A stretch of 64,000 nt of DNA from Trichosphaerium sp. ATCC 40318 (taxonomy: Eukaryota; Protista; Tubulinea), in the NCBI GenBank assembly GCA_038496445.1, contig JALMLS010000322.1, positions 124,001 to 188,000 on the forward strand, written 5' to 3'. Positions 25,167 to 38,329 of the stretch are shown one piece after another. The translations under genes and the position numbers were made by a program. The notes under the pieces are model-generated. The model was not told where the DNA came from. It did no database searches and saw nothing but the letters and a program-made list of their open reading frames with translations. The stretch's first letter is position 1; each line of letters begins with the position of its first letter.

Positions 25167-25514
25167 ATGACTGAACAAGCAATAGAAGAAAAGAAATGGG
25201 TATTTTGTGGCCCTGTAACGTGTTACCAGTCAACAGGGTTTTACATTACTCCAAACACAACGATAAACCAAATAGCGGCACTATACATTGAAAAATGGCC
25301 CTATTGCGGGCAACATAACATACCGACACTGATTATATTTCCTCCTGGCTACGGAGAACGTGACACAGATAGAATAGTCGATTTAATACCAATGGCGGAA
25401 GGCATGGGCACAAAAACAGTATCAGAACTTGGTATTTATAATCGAGCCGATTTAATACGATTCGTGTTCAAAAATAAACACTTAGATCGTGACAAACAAG
25501 AAGTACTAAAGTAG
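25167..25514 (+). CDS. Small intronless protein, possibly ubiquitin-like fold
   Basis: 115-aa ORF with A-rich ATG context and downstream AATAAA; ITPNTTINQI and KTVSELGI resemble Ubl motifs. Confidence 0.5.
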   Translation: MTEQAIEEKKWVFCGPVTCYQSTGFYITPNTTINQIAALYIEKWPYCGQHNIPTLIIFPPGYGERDTDRIVDLIPMAEGMGTKTVSELGIYNRADLIRFVFKNKHLDRDKQEVLK

Positions 25515-26393
25515 CCTGTCGCAAACAACTATGTAAATAAATGTCTTAATTAGAATACCAGGTTGTTTTCATCTTTTAATGCACGTGAATTCTAGACATT
25601 GAAGAGATAGCATGCAGTTAGGTTCGTCAACAATATTAACATATCATTGTTGTCGTATATTTCTAGTACCTACAGAGGCGCCCATATCACTGTATAAAGG
25701 AGCGGTTTGAAACGTATCAGTTGCGGTAGTGACTTAGGAAAAATGGGACAGTACCAGGAGATTATCATGATTCTGCAAGCCGGGAACTTCCAAGAAGCTT
25801 TTTGATTCAGGAACACTTTACTGAAGTGCATGCTCCTCTTTCGTTCGGAAGATCCCATTGGGTCAATACTACTGTTAGTAGCGCACATACTCTGAAAAGC
25901 ATTGATGTCAAATTTACTGCTAGGAAGGGGTTGGCAAAAGTGCTGAGTTAAAGTGTAAAATGGTCATTGGTGCACCGTTAAGAGTGCTAACCCTCTTCGA
26001 ATCGCTTCGATTTAGCTAATATTTAAATGAGTACTTCCCTTGCTTTCGCACTAGCAATGTTTTTGCGACGGAAAGATAGAGTATCACGTGCGCTCTAACT
26101 GTTTAAATTACGACAAACTTTGAAGTTCTGGTGAGATATTTTATGTAAAACCAAGCTAAACGCCTTGTTTTCGATTTGTAAAAGCGCCACTGGCCGTTGG
26201 CCTGTTGAAGAAGGATAGTTGTCTTTGTATTCACCAACCCTTCAAATAATGTTTGTGCGTCAATCGCCATTTTTGTGGAATCAAGACACTTGCGACAACT
26301 CTTTGTTACATACACTGTATCAGGTATGTTACTGAATTCTACAGTCTCCAACGAGTTATCACCACAACTGAATCTATTACGTAGTTTATCAAC

Positions 26394-29300
26394 ATGTCTT
26401 GGACGTCTTTTCATACAGCAGGTGATATTGTAAACTGTGATTGTTGCTGAGTCTATTATAGCTTCTGACGGGGATGATGCAGAGATCATAAAATTATTGG
26501 AGTCAGGAGCTGATATAGAAGTCGGAGCTGGAACAGAAGGCACACCATTGAGTAAAGCAGGTATTATATGTATAAATCTTTGTAACTATTCTAACTCATG
26601 TTAGCTTTTAATGGACACACTAAGGTTGTTAAAAGGTTATTGAACGCAGGAGCCAATATTAATGCCATAAATGAAAAAGGGAATACACCTTTACATCACG
26701 CAGGTACTTCATAATAGGGTTGGCTATAAACCAAGTAACAAGTTCTACTAGTTTTATACGGGCATCATGAAGTTGTTAGAATATTGTTGGAATCAGGTGC
26801 TAATACTGAAGTGTTTAACACTAAATTTGGGTTCACACCTTTGCACGATGCAGGTAGTCGTCCTTTTCAAGTAGAATGTATACAGTGTTAATTCACACTT
26901 TATTACTAGCTCGTGAAGGGTATGAATTGATGGTTCAAGCTTTGTTGAAGTCGGGTGCTAATGCTAATGCGCTTACTTTAACTCAAAGTACACCTTTACA
27001 TTACGCAGGTAACAACAAATACGCTATATAAAACTATCTTACTGTACTATTAGCTGAAGAAGGAAGAGAAGAATCTGTCATTTTGTTGTTAGAAGTAGGA
27101 GCAAGCACTGATGTCAAAGACGAATATGAGGAAACACCTTTACATAAAGCAGGTAAAGAGAGACAAACATGCTACTCTCCATTTACTCAATTTAGCCGAA
27201 CAAGGACATCACGCCATAGTCAAACTTTTACTGAAATCAGGGGCTGATACTGAAATTTTTGATGCTCAACAGCGTACACCCTTATTTACAGCAGGTGCAA
27301 ACTACTAATTTAAATCACGTGCTATTAAATGACACTATACTTAGTGGAGGAAGGACATGAAACTGTTGTTAAATTGTTATTGGGCTCAGGCGCTAATGTT
27401 GACGTTCAAAACATGGGCGAATCTACACCACTAGTTACTGCAGGTAACTTCACTACAGTTTTTCTCACTCACTAAATCCCTACAGTTTGGGGTAAACATG
27501 CCTCCATTGTGACACTACTGTTGAAAGCGAGAGCAAAGATGGACTTCACAAGTGATAGTTGGGAAGGACAAAGAGTTGTCAAGTACATCATTGAAGGAGT
27601 TGTTGAGAACAACCCAACTTTTAAAGATGCTTTCAAATACATGATATCTCAATTACCAAGCAACAAACCTGAATGTCAATCATTTTGGTTAAATGAATTA
27701 AACACAGACCCAACATGGAGGTGTAAACTTGCAGAATGGCTACGCTACTTGGTAAGTTGAGTACACCTTGAACTTTGTACTAATTCATACATTCTCAAAT
27801 AGCCATCACAAGCTTACTTCGAGATCGCAATTGAAAAAGGCATTTGTAGTTTGATCTGTACATACCATCCTATCCTAGTTCTTTCTCAGGTTTGGAACTT
27901 AGTTGGAAACCATTGACGGTTTTGTTGTAGCGTTTTTGGCATTCAAAGCAAGAATCTATGATGGGTATCTTAATGGACTTACCTAAACACATGTGGGACA
28001 ATGCACGTGATGTCATGGACATACAAAAAAGTGAAGCATTGAGGGCCATTGTCAATTTCCATTGTGTTACAAAAGGGTGGTGTCCTCAGAACTTCTTGGG
28101 TATACAAAAGGAAGATAACATGCGTGAGTATCTATCAAAAGCACTAAAATATATTAGTGCTTACTTAAGGTTTAGATGTTTGTGACGATTGTGATAATCA
28201 GGTTGTATGCATCCATTGTGCTGAAATGCAGCATGAGAAACATTTCTACTCAAAGAGGTGCGTACATTCTGACGTCTGCATGCACAAACAAGATGTTCCA
28301 ATTTCAAGGATAATTGTTGATCAAACCAACAGTAAGTAGTGATAGTATTTAACGTCATTTTAAACGTAAGGTTAGAGATCTCAAACGATAATTCTTGGAA
28401 GCTGAGCGAACGATTGAGATATGCACATAGCTGGGATACAACGAATAATGGGTGAGTGTTTACGCAAGACGAAAAAGCTTCTGACATACTACAATAGGGG
28501 ATATGTAAAGAAAGCAACACATTACAAGACTTTGAACCTTCTTGACTCAAATGACAGTGTTGCCAAAAGAGAGTATCTGAAATTACTGGAGCACATGTCA
28601 AAAATGAAAGGATCTGAGTTATACGATATAACAGAAGCATTTCTGGTAAACAACACTGTTTTGAGCGAAAAGTTCAGTACTTACAACGCCATACTTGCTC
28701 ACAGACACAAGTACGTTTATGTTCTATGTTGCCACTCACTAGGCCAGGAAACTACCCACGTTGTTCTGTAAACGTGATTGGGAGAAGAGCCACGACAAGG
28801 ATATGGTGTTTCAAAAGTTCAATGAGCTTTGTTCACTCTATTCTCAAAGCAACAAAGAAGATTCAACAGACGATAAGGTAACACTACTATAACTATAGTG
28901 TTAGTATTGACTTGTGACACCTTTGTAGGTACCAGTGATTTTAATGGCTCACGGAACTTCTAAACAAGCCGCTTGGAGTATTGTACAAGGTGGGTTTGGG
29001 ACAGTAAGCGCATTGGACGCTGGTTTCTATGGACAAGGCATATACTTTACAGTAAGTTGTAATTACACTAGCATTAAACTACATACTAACATGAAAAAGA
29101 GCAATGTAAGGTATGCTTCTATGTACGATACATCAGGACCTGAGAAAACCTTGATTTTGAGCTTTGTAACACCCGGAAACATCTTCCCTGTGCGTCATTC
29201 CGCGTGTCTTTAATCAATAAAAGTAAGTCTTATAATCATGATACTAGGCAACAGAAGATCCGAATAGTACCGGCAATCTACAAGGAGCACCAATAAAATC

Positions 29301-29926
29301 AGGGTATCAAAGTCACTACGCATGTGTAGACAGAATGGGCAGACCATTCAAGATGCCAAAGAACAAAAATACAAAGTCCAAAGCTGTTCAATATGATGAA
29401 CTTGTTGTAGCACAAGGTATCTTTAGCAACGCCCACTATGCATTTCTGATCTTTTTTAAGATGATCAAGCAATTGCACGTTACATAATCACACTTGTGAA
29501 GAAGCCTAAGGGTAAAAAGAACTCTGTTGAAAAGAAGGAAAGAAATATCAAAGAAGTACAAAAAACAAGTTCTGATTCTTCTGATGACGAGTTCTCTGAT
29601 GATGAAGGAGACAATGAATTTGTTCAAAAGCGGTACCAAAAAGTGTCATTATAAACAACAACTAATACAATACAAGGAATCTATGGGGAGCGACTGAGCA
29701 CAGTGAAGAACGAACAACAGCTCCGACTATACTTGCTGAAGGTGTCAAAGACAAAACTCAGGAAACACAAGCTCCTATTGCTTCTAATCTACCTTTGCCT
29801 GACGCCCCAAAACGTCAATTCATCAGTATACAGGAAGAGAACGAATTCTTGAAGCATAAAATTGAAATGTTAGAGCAAGAGAATAGAGCCTTGAAGCAAG
29901 AGAACAACAAATTAAAACTAAACTAA
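26394..29926 (+). CDS. Ankyrin-repeat + PARP-type ADP-ribosyltransferase with acidic and coiled-coil C-terminus, multi-exon
   Basis: 8 ankyrin repeats (TPLHxA); MAHGTS, GFYGQGIYFT, YASMY, YDELVV catalytic motifs; final LEQENRALKQENNKLK. Confidence 0.9.
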
Positions 29927-30112
29927 AAATAATGTTAACTATTATACCTCAACCAATAAACCTCACTTATACCCGTACTACAAAGGGTAAGTATAAGATG
30001 TGAATTGCCTACAGCACGTGAAATAATCAAGCAACAGAGACCAGCTAGTGTGATTTTAAGGCACAAATTTGTTCGCCTTATAAGTAACCTCAGCTCACAA
30101 AATAAAAGTCCC

Positions 30113-33100
30113 ATGAGACACGCGGTTCTTCTTGTTTGTGTGTTAACACTTACAGTTACCGCTTTAACTACATGTGATCTATCTGGATCGAATAAAACAG
30201 GTACTCGTTATACTTACTCAAAAGTTTTGCATAAAAACGTGGTTTCTATAAACTAACACGTGGTAAAGGTTCCTGGTATACTAAAAAAGATACTGATGGT
30301 CATTACCGTTTTTTTCATACGTCAAAAGGACCAAACGCCCAAGTTCTTAAAGGAATCTCAATGACAGTACGTAAATACGCCATAGTCGAAATATCTTTGG
30401 ACTTTTTTTGCTGTCAACAATAGCAGATGCAAATTTCTCTTTCGTAAAGAAGTCTAGCTTACAGCTATGCCAAAAGGCACATCAAGACATTTTTTCTCAC
30501 GTGTTATTAAAGGGGTTCGAAACCGGTACTCGTAACACTGGATCTGGCGCTGGTTATTGGCTATTTCAGGCAGAACAAGCAAGCGCAAATAACTCAGCTA
30601 CTATCATACGAAACATCGTAAAAACTCTTGCTACGCAGTGGGAAGTTAAAGTGATAAGAATGCCAATTTGTGGTTCTGCATGGCTTCAAAATTACCCAGT
30701 GAAAGGCTACGGTGGTATAAGAGACCCTGTTCTTTACAGGCACGTGTTTTGTGACTTACGTTCTGTTCCCACCTTTTAACTTTTGTTCTTGCTTAGAGAT
30801 TGGATTGATATTGCTATCTGTGAAGCTCTAGCTAACGATGTAGTTGTTCTTCTCGATGTGCACTTGTGGGCTATTGGAAAAGTACGTCATAAACGAATGC
30901 ATGTCTCCTCAAGCCTGTTAATTTAGGAAACAAACACAACAAGGAATACTGGCATTGAGGATGGTTGTACAGGTACTATACTCATCCCACAAACTTTGTC
31001 TCATCACCTGTTCTTTAGGTATCAATCGCGTAGATTCAATTGATTCATGTGCTCCACATGACTGGTATGGATCTTACACTTCAGCAAGGTAAATACGAGC
31101 AAAGACATTTTTTACTCATTTTGGGGAAGAACAGGAAAATCCTACAACGAAGGAGATACTCCTGGTGACTGGCAATGCTCCATAGCTAATGCTGATGGCT
31201 GTACGCTTGATAACTTATTCAGAAAAGGAAACAACGGAGTGCAAGGCACAGGTACACGTTCTTCTTTTGTATTGAACAAAAGGCTAATGATCTAATAAGA
31301 ACACTTCTATAACCTATGGTACGAGCTTGCCTTGAAGTACAAAAACGTTACAGATGTGTAAGTAACTTTCGTTTTGTTTACTGTTTTGACGCTGAATGCT
31401 CACCTTTTAGATGGTTTGAACTCTACAATGAACCTTATCAACGTAAGTCAGCAGATTTTGGAACACAATGCGCACATGGTGTATGTCCTCCAGGAACAGG
31501 ATTTGGTGATAATTTGGGTAATCTTCTTATATTTATGATTTTATTCATAATTTTTTTCGCTTATCTCACTTCTTCTTTAGATGAGAGTCAATACGGATGG
31601 TCGATGTGGTCTGAACTTATGGATACCACTATAAAAACAATCAGAGATGACGCAAAGGCTGATAATATCATTATTACCAGTGCTTTAGACTGGAGTTATG
31701 ATTGGCTTGGTAAAGGAGGAAGTAAAACTGGTGGTCCACTTGCTCGACCTAAACTATTGCCTTGGGTTGATAGAGAAGTAAAAAACATTGCTTATGCATT
31801 TCACCCTTATCAGGTGCGATCTCTTGTCTAATGAAGGCATTTCTGACTTTGACTAGCATGGATCTTGCTGTGGCGCTATTGGAGAGACAACAGATGAGAG
31901 TGCTACTGACCCTTACGAGTCAGCATTCTGCCTTTATCCACCAACTGGTGCTGATGGTTATCCTAAACCAGCAGGAGGACCAGTGCCTATTCCAGATACT
32001 ACAGTAAGTAATAAGAAAAGCCTATGTTGATTCTACCCTATTCTAGTGTGACTCGATAGGCTATGCGATTACTGCTGATAAAAAGAGCCCTCCATGTACA
32101 TGGGCACCTCATGCACTCATGCCTGATACACCAACAAATGCTCCGGGATTCAAACCTCCAACTTGCCAGGTAATACCTTTTCATGAAATGTTAATAGTAC
32201 TTACTTTGGTTTTAAATAGACTTTAAATGGACAAAACATTTACGGCCAGAACATGAACCAAGGTCAAAGTCAGCCTTCTGCTGAGTCATGCTGTGAGTCG
32301 TGTACAAATACAAAGGGTTGTGCTGGATGGACATGGATAACAGGAAATAGTCAATGTTGGCTCAAGAGCTCTGTTGATGCCCCTAAGGTAAGCCAGCAAC
32401 AAGTTTCTTTGTTGAGTCACATTACTTACATTACCTTAGCCTGATGGTTCTGTTGTGAGCGGATACCCAAGTACAAACAAAACGTTCTACGAAGTAGAAG
32501 CAACACCTGGTTTATGCGCAGGAGATAGAGCAACATGCATGGTAAATACAACAGATAGTTCTTTAAACTCTAACAACTTCACAAAAGGGACTTTCTGAGG
32601 AAAAATGTAAGGCAGCAGATTGGTCAAAACCAACTTCTGGTGGATGGTCTCAATTCGTTCTACCAATGGCGCAGTATGGACCTATCATCGCAACAGGTAG
32701 GAGTGAATACATTTAGCTAAATATATTTATAATTTTTTTCCTTTAGAACACGGTTCTTTCGATTGTTCGTCAGCTTTTGAAACTTCCTTGACAGGATGGA
32801 TGGAGAAATTTGGTGTTTCTTACACTGCTTGGGCTTTATGGCCTCAAAACTCAGGAGGACCTGGACAGGTAATAACAAAAACCAAAGTTCACGTGATTTG
32901 CCTTATTCGGTTTTTTTTCTTCTTAGTTTCGTAACCTTTTTGTGAACTATAGGGCGCTTGTGGTTACCCTTCAGTGATGTTTCCTTCTCCTGGTTTTTCT
33001 GATGGATTTGGTAAAGGTGGAAATAACTGTGATACCTTAGACAGTACGCTGTTTTCTTTGTTTGAAAAGTGTGCTGACTTTTTTTTAAAGGCTGTTCCAA

Positions 33101-33191
33101 GCTTCTTCAGCCTCTTGGATGGAGCGGTAAGGTAGTTTACGACGATATACGTAAAGCTTCAATGGAAACATCTTTTGTAGAACAGGGATAG
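30113..33191 (+). CDS. Secreted glycoside hydrolase family 5 (cellulase-like) with internal PAN/apple domain, multi-exon
   Basis: Signal peptide; VIRMP, VLLDVH, WFELYNEP, YAFHPY, IIATEHG, SYTAWALW; SAESCCESCTNTKGCAGWTW...CWLKS. Confidence 0.85.
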
Positions 33192-33514
33192 TTCAATAAA
33201 CGTTAAATTCTATTACACGCACTTGTTATTACACTGTGTTAAGCTTAGATTGTCCAAGTGTAACGGAAAAACAGAATAAGAGCCAACTGCAGTCGCTAGT
33301 GTTGTTAGGCTACTAAGAGTGTTTATATCTTCTTCAACGCTGCGTTTTCGTACTTGAATTCATTTGACGAGCGGAAAAATGTCGTTTATTTTACGCTCGC
33401 TCATAGAAGGTCTCCGGTGCTTTAGTTGTGCGTGAAAAAGCATTATTACAGCTTTTGCTAACAATACACAGGTAGTTGAGCGAATTCACATTAAAACATC
33501 CACAAATCAATTAA

Positions 33515-35828
33515 ATGGCGGGCGTATGGCGTTTTAGAAGTGCTCTGGCGCAACCTGTGCGTGTAAACGCTAAATTACAAACAACCACTCAACAAAGCCT
33601 CAAACGCCCACAAACAAGGATATTTTCGCGTTCATACTACAAACGAACGTCTATACTAAAAAATCGGCAAAACTTTTCTCATCGACTGACGTTAAGACAT
33701 GGAGGTCACCATCATCACCATCATGATGCTGAGGTGTACACTTCATATTCAGACTACTTAAAATCACCAGGCGGCCGAGTTACTGGCATAGGATTACTCT
33801 CAAACGTTGGACTTTGCATTGTGCACGTGACGATTTTTGGGAAATATTTCAATCCCTTTTTTTGTTCATTTGCTAATTCTTTATTAGAAAGGTGTGTGTT
33901 GGAATTGTTAGTAACAGTCATGCTATGATTGCTGATGCAGCGTGAGTGAAGTATCTAGCGCGATTTTCGTAACAGTTTTTTTTGTATATTTGTTTGATTT
34001 ACTTAGTGTTGTATTAGGCATAGTGTTGGTGATATGGCTTCGGACTTTGTTACACTTTACACACATAAAAAGTACCAACCTTTCTTTTGTTTAGAGTATT
34101 GGTCCCTAACGCAGGTGGTAGAGCTAACTCTGTTTCTGATAAAGACTTACTTCCTTATGGCGCTGGAAAATATGAGTCTTTGGGTGCATTCGTTATATCG
34201 ATCATGCTCGGTAAGTGTCAAAATGAGATCGTTTTCTGGGTGCTTATTGTTATTTATTGACTTTTTTCTGTAGTTGGTACAGGCTGTGGTATTATAATAC
34301 ATGCATTCGAGCACATAGTAATGGGTGAAGTAATGGTATACTTTTTTTATTACATTTCTGTTTTCAGAGAAATCCATTGTTAAGCTTATGTTTAGATTCC
34401 AACTACACTTGCACTATATGCAGCTGGTTTATCCATAGTTGTAAAAGAAGCACTATATCAGATTACTTATCGTGTAGCCAAATCAGAGAACAGCCCTGTA
34501 AGCAAAACTGTTTTTTATGCAAAAGAACTAATACTACTCATTCAAGGTTTTGGAAGCCAACGCTTGGCATCACAGAAGCGATGCACTTAGTAGTGTTGTA
34601 GCAATGGGTGGTATAGCTGCCGCACAATTAGGTGTACCTATACTGGATCCAATAGCAGGTACATTCTCTTTCTGAAAAACAGTCACTTTCCATGCTAACT
34701 TATTTATTTTTAGCTATTGCAGTTTCAGGTTTAATTCTACAAGTATGAATACATAAATCCTCCCCTTAATTCGTTTGGGCACACATACTAACTATTACTC
34801 TGTAGACTGGATGGCGTATAATGTCAGATAGTAAAGTACGTCAAACCCGTTTAACTTCTGAGTATTCTCTCGCTTAAACTGCTTTGTAGCGAGAGTTGAT
34901 AGATGAAGCGCCTTCTTCTGAGCTCTTAAATAAAATTAAAGCGATACTTGATAACAAACCAGATGTTATGGGTAACTGACATCTCAAGTTCTATTCAAAG
35001 AAAAAACTTAATAATATTTAGGCTACACTGATGTTAGAGCAAGACGCATGGGAAGCTACGTCCTTGGTGAGACAATATAGTGTACACAATCAAATATTCT
35101 TAATTACTAACACGCTCATTTAGTTGATGTATCAATCCAAGTGGACAAATCATACACTGTCTCGGCAGCTCATCATGTATGTTTTTTTAATTCTTGTTGG
35201 GTTTAGTAAGGAGTGCTAACTGTTACTGTAGATAGCATCTAAGGTTACTGCTGCACTTGTAACAAAAATACCAGAGGTATCTGATGCACACGTACATACA
35301 GGTATACCATAAAAGATTTTTTAATCCTACATGTTTATAATCTACTCTCAGAGCCTCACACTGATGATATTCATGAACTTCACTCTTCATCGTTGAGGAA
35401 TCCTTCAGCGATTAAACAAGACATTAGAAACGTAACTTTGCCTACAGCGTTGATACCACTTGTAATGTTGTTCTTTAGATAGTAGCAAAGTATTCAGCCT
35501 TTGATGGCGTTGACACTCTCAGTTGCCATTACACAAACCAAACGTATCATACACTCTTTTATTATTAAGATTTATTAACTAACTCTTTTTTATAGATCTG
35601 TTTCAGTAGTATTGTCTCTGTACATTAACAAAGATATGAGCTTGTCGTAAGCAAACTCGTCAACTTTTTTTGAAACTTTTTTAATCACGTGATAGGGATG
35701 CACGACAAAAATGCTTCATTTTGCATGATGACATCATAAACAGTGTAAAAGAAGCACAGAATGTTGATATTGATGTTCATATGATAGACACCTCAATAGA
35801 GGGTAAAGACCGTGAGAATAAGTCTTAA
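33515..35828 (+). CDS. Cation diffusion facilitator (MMT1/MTP6-like mitochondrial metal transporter), multi-exon
   Basis: Arg-rich presequence, HGGHHHHHHD, SHAMIADA.HSVGD, FPYGAGKYESLG, ANAWHHRSDA, LDPIA, RARRMG, HVHTEP. Confidence 0.9.
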
Positions 35829-36262
35829 AATAAAATGAGCATTCTATCATTGTGGATATTTACTGCTCCAAAATCTTGACTTGCTTGCAATTAAAGTGCT
35901 CGACGATATTGATGTTTAACCTAAACACAAAAACAGCTGTGAGCTGTACAAAGTTACTGATGATTTTAAGTATTTGGAAACATCTAACCACCGATGACAC
36001 ATGTCCTTATACTAAACAAGTGTTCTGGTTTACATGATCCGGATAGAAAATTGATTGCCACCAAAAATACGAGTTCTATCACTGCAAGCAGTACAGCTTT
36101 CCACATCCACTTCATAAACAGTAGTCCCTTCGCAGTCAAGGAATGTATTGTAGTCATTAGGCACAGTTAAGTAGCTTGCATCGTGTTACACATGTGGGAG
36201 ATTGGTTTGGTGCAACTCTTAATGTAACCTTACGAGGACAGACAAAAGGCACGCAATAAAGC

Positions 36263-36732
36263 TGGTGTAATTGCGGAAACCTTCTTCTTTCCTGCGACCG
36301 TATGGCTTGCAGAAAGGGCGAGTTGAAGCTGAAAGCGATTACGCTGAAAACTTGTTTTAACTACTTTTGTGGCAACCTTCTGCTTTCCTGCGACCGTATG
36401 GCTTGCAGAAAGGGCGAGTTGAAGGCGAAAACTCCAGTAGATCAAGTTGGCAGTCTTTTCTTTGTTAGTGGGTGTGAAAGGTCACTAACGCGTGTTAGAA
36501 AGCAACAGCAGAAATAATACGCGAATTGGTAACAGAAAACGAAACGTTAAAAGGAGTGAAGAGAAAATACGACTTACTAGCGGTAGAGCATAAGAAATTA
36601 CGAGCCGAGCTAGCGCGAGCGAAAAAATTTAAAACTGAAGCCTTCGCTTTGGTCGAAAAGCACAAAAAAGCTGATGCTGAAGCTGAACTCGACGATGTGG
36701 TACTCTTAGCGCCAGTCACTACTGTAAATTAA
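36263..36732 (+). CDS. Hypothetical protein with duplicated Cys motif and C-terminal coiled coil (5' end unresolved)
   Basis: CGNLLLSCDRMACRKGELK x2, then ELVTENETLKGVKRKYDLLAVEHKKLRAELARAK. Confidence 0.4.
36278..36424 (+). repeat. 51-bp direct repeat, two copies 96 bp apart
   Basis: 36278-36328 and 36374-36424 identical at 50/51. Confidence 0.9.
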
Positions 36733-36801
36733 TAAATATTGTACTACTAAACTTATCAAATTTATGAAACTCGTAGCACTCGCTACAAACAGAGCGATTT
36801 A

Positions 36802-37197
36802 ATGTCATCAATCACTATTCCATCAACGGAACGTCTACATTATGTACAAGACTCTATCAAGTACAGCGCTGTGATCCAACGCTAATGGCTCTGTTACCAC
36901 TTCTGGAGCTGCTATCAATAAATTTATCAGGTTCAACAAAAGCAAACTGTGCAAAGGGTCCTTTATTTGTATGTTGTGGTAACACAAATCAACGAAGATA
37001 TAGCAAACAACTAATGATTTTTTAGCCAACGTACACCTGAATGATGTTGAACTGAAAGAAACATTGCCTGGAGGACTTGACGTAGATAAAACTCTTCGGA
37101 AAAAAACGGAAAACAAGATTAGCAAGATAGAGCACGTGACACGTAATCTGTCTGCTAGTACACTAGTAAATATGGACAAGGAATATACAATATCATA
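36802..37197 (+). CDS. Small hypothetical protein, multi-exon
   Basis: MSSITIPSTERLHYVQDSIK start and final exon NVHLNDVELKETLPGGLDVDKTLRKK...EYTIS*. Confidence 0.3.
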
Positions 37198-37301
37198 AAG
37201 GCATTTATTTGTAATGATCTGTTATTTGGTTCTCTGCCAGATAAAAAATAAATTAAAAAAAATCTCGTGTGGCGCAACCATTTCTATTTTAGTGGTTGTA
37301 A

Positions 37302-38165
37302 TCAATTTTGTTTGGATCTTGGTCTCTTGTGGTTATCCTCAGAGCTTGAACTATTTGAACGGCGTTTACGCTTCGAGCTTCTACGTCTACTAAGCAAAAA
37401 ATTGTAAGCACGTGTTTACAAGAACTAAACAAATATACTACTCAAGCAACTGGGAGTTTGTTATAAATAACAAATTCGTCCTTGGCACTTTAGCTTACCT
37501 TGATCTTGACGATGAAGACGAAGACGATGAAGATGAAGAGGATGATGAAGATGACGAAGATGATCGCTTACGTCTTTTGCGTGGCTTGGATCTACTGTAC
37601 GAAACACATTACACTGTGATACATGCTTACTGTGGCATACCTGCTTGAACTTGATGATGAACCAGAAGAGCTCGATGAACTACTTGAGCTTGAAGAAGAT
37701 GATGAACTTGATGAACTAGAACTGGAACTTGAAGAAGAACTAGAGCTGCTTTCCTCGTCTCTGGCAGCTCGTGCGAGTGCTTTGCGTTCTTTTTTTGAAC
37801 CATACTTGGCTTTTAGTTTATTGAGTTCTGATTTGTATGCCTCTTCCCTAACATTCAATTTAGCGCGTCAATATGGTATTTTACGCACATCTCAGATACT
37901 GGTGGGCGTGAAGATTTAATTTTACGTAATTTTGGCTTCTTTAGCATTTGAGAGCGTGTTGGACGCGCAGAATACGATGGTTGGCACAATCCCTTCTTTT
38001 TGCACTCCCATGACCACATTCCCACCTAAAATGCGTAAATCGCTTTAAAATATTAATTTGAATACCCTGCCACAGTATTGACACTTGGCACCCTTTTTTA
38101 AATCCCTTAAACATTTTGTTAGTTACTATTAACCTGCATATCGTTACTTACTTCATGCCGTACAT
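37302..38165 (-). CDS. ZCCHC10-like zinc-knuckle, Ser-rich protein, multi-exon
   Basis: KCQYCG...WSWEC and YSARPTRSQMLKKPKL motif followed by long poly-Ser and basic tail. Confidence 0.7.
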
Positions 38166-38329
38166 GTTGTACAGATTGTTTGCGTTGTGTAACGTCTTTG
38201 CTTATTCATACTTTAAGTCACTGGCAAGTACTTACCAACGCGAGCATCAACACCATTGAATACACATACACCATATTAGATGTAAATAAACGTTTCAGTT
38301 GAGTTTTGATTGTATCACGCACCATAAAC

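Noticed and set aside
20925-25514. Intact endogenous giant-virus insertion
   Set aside because: No capsid, packaging ATPase, polymerase or integrase; only promiscuous repeat families
25600-26380. ORFs 25670-25888 and 26103-26543 on minus strand
   Set aside because: No recognisable motif; the latter overlaps the ankyrin-PARP exons antisense
37412-37919. Plus-strand acidic (poly-Asp/Glu/Leu) ORFs
   Set aside because: Antisense reading of the poly-Ser tract of the ZCCHC10-like gene
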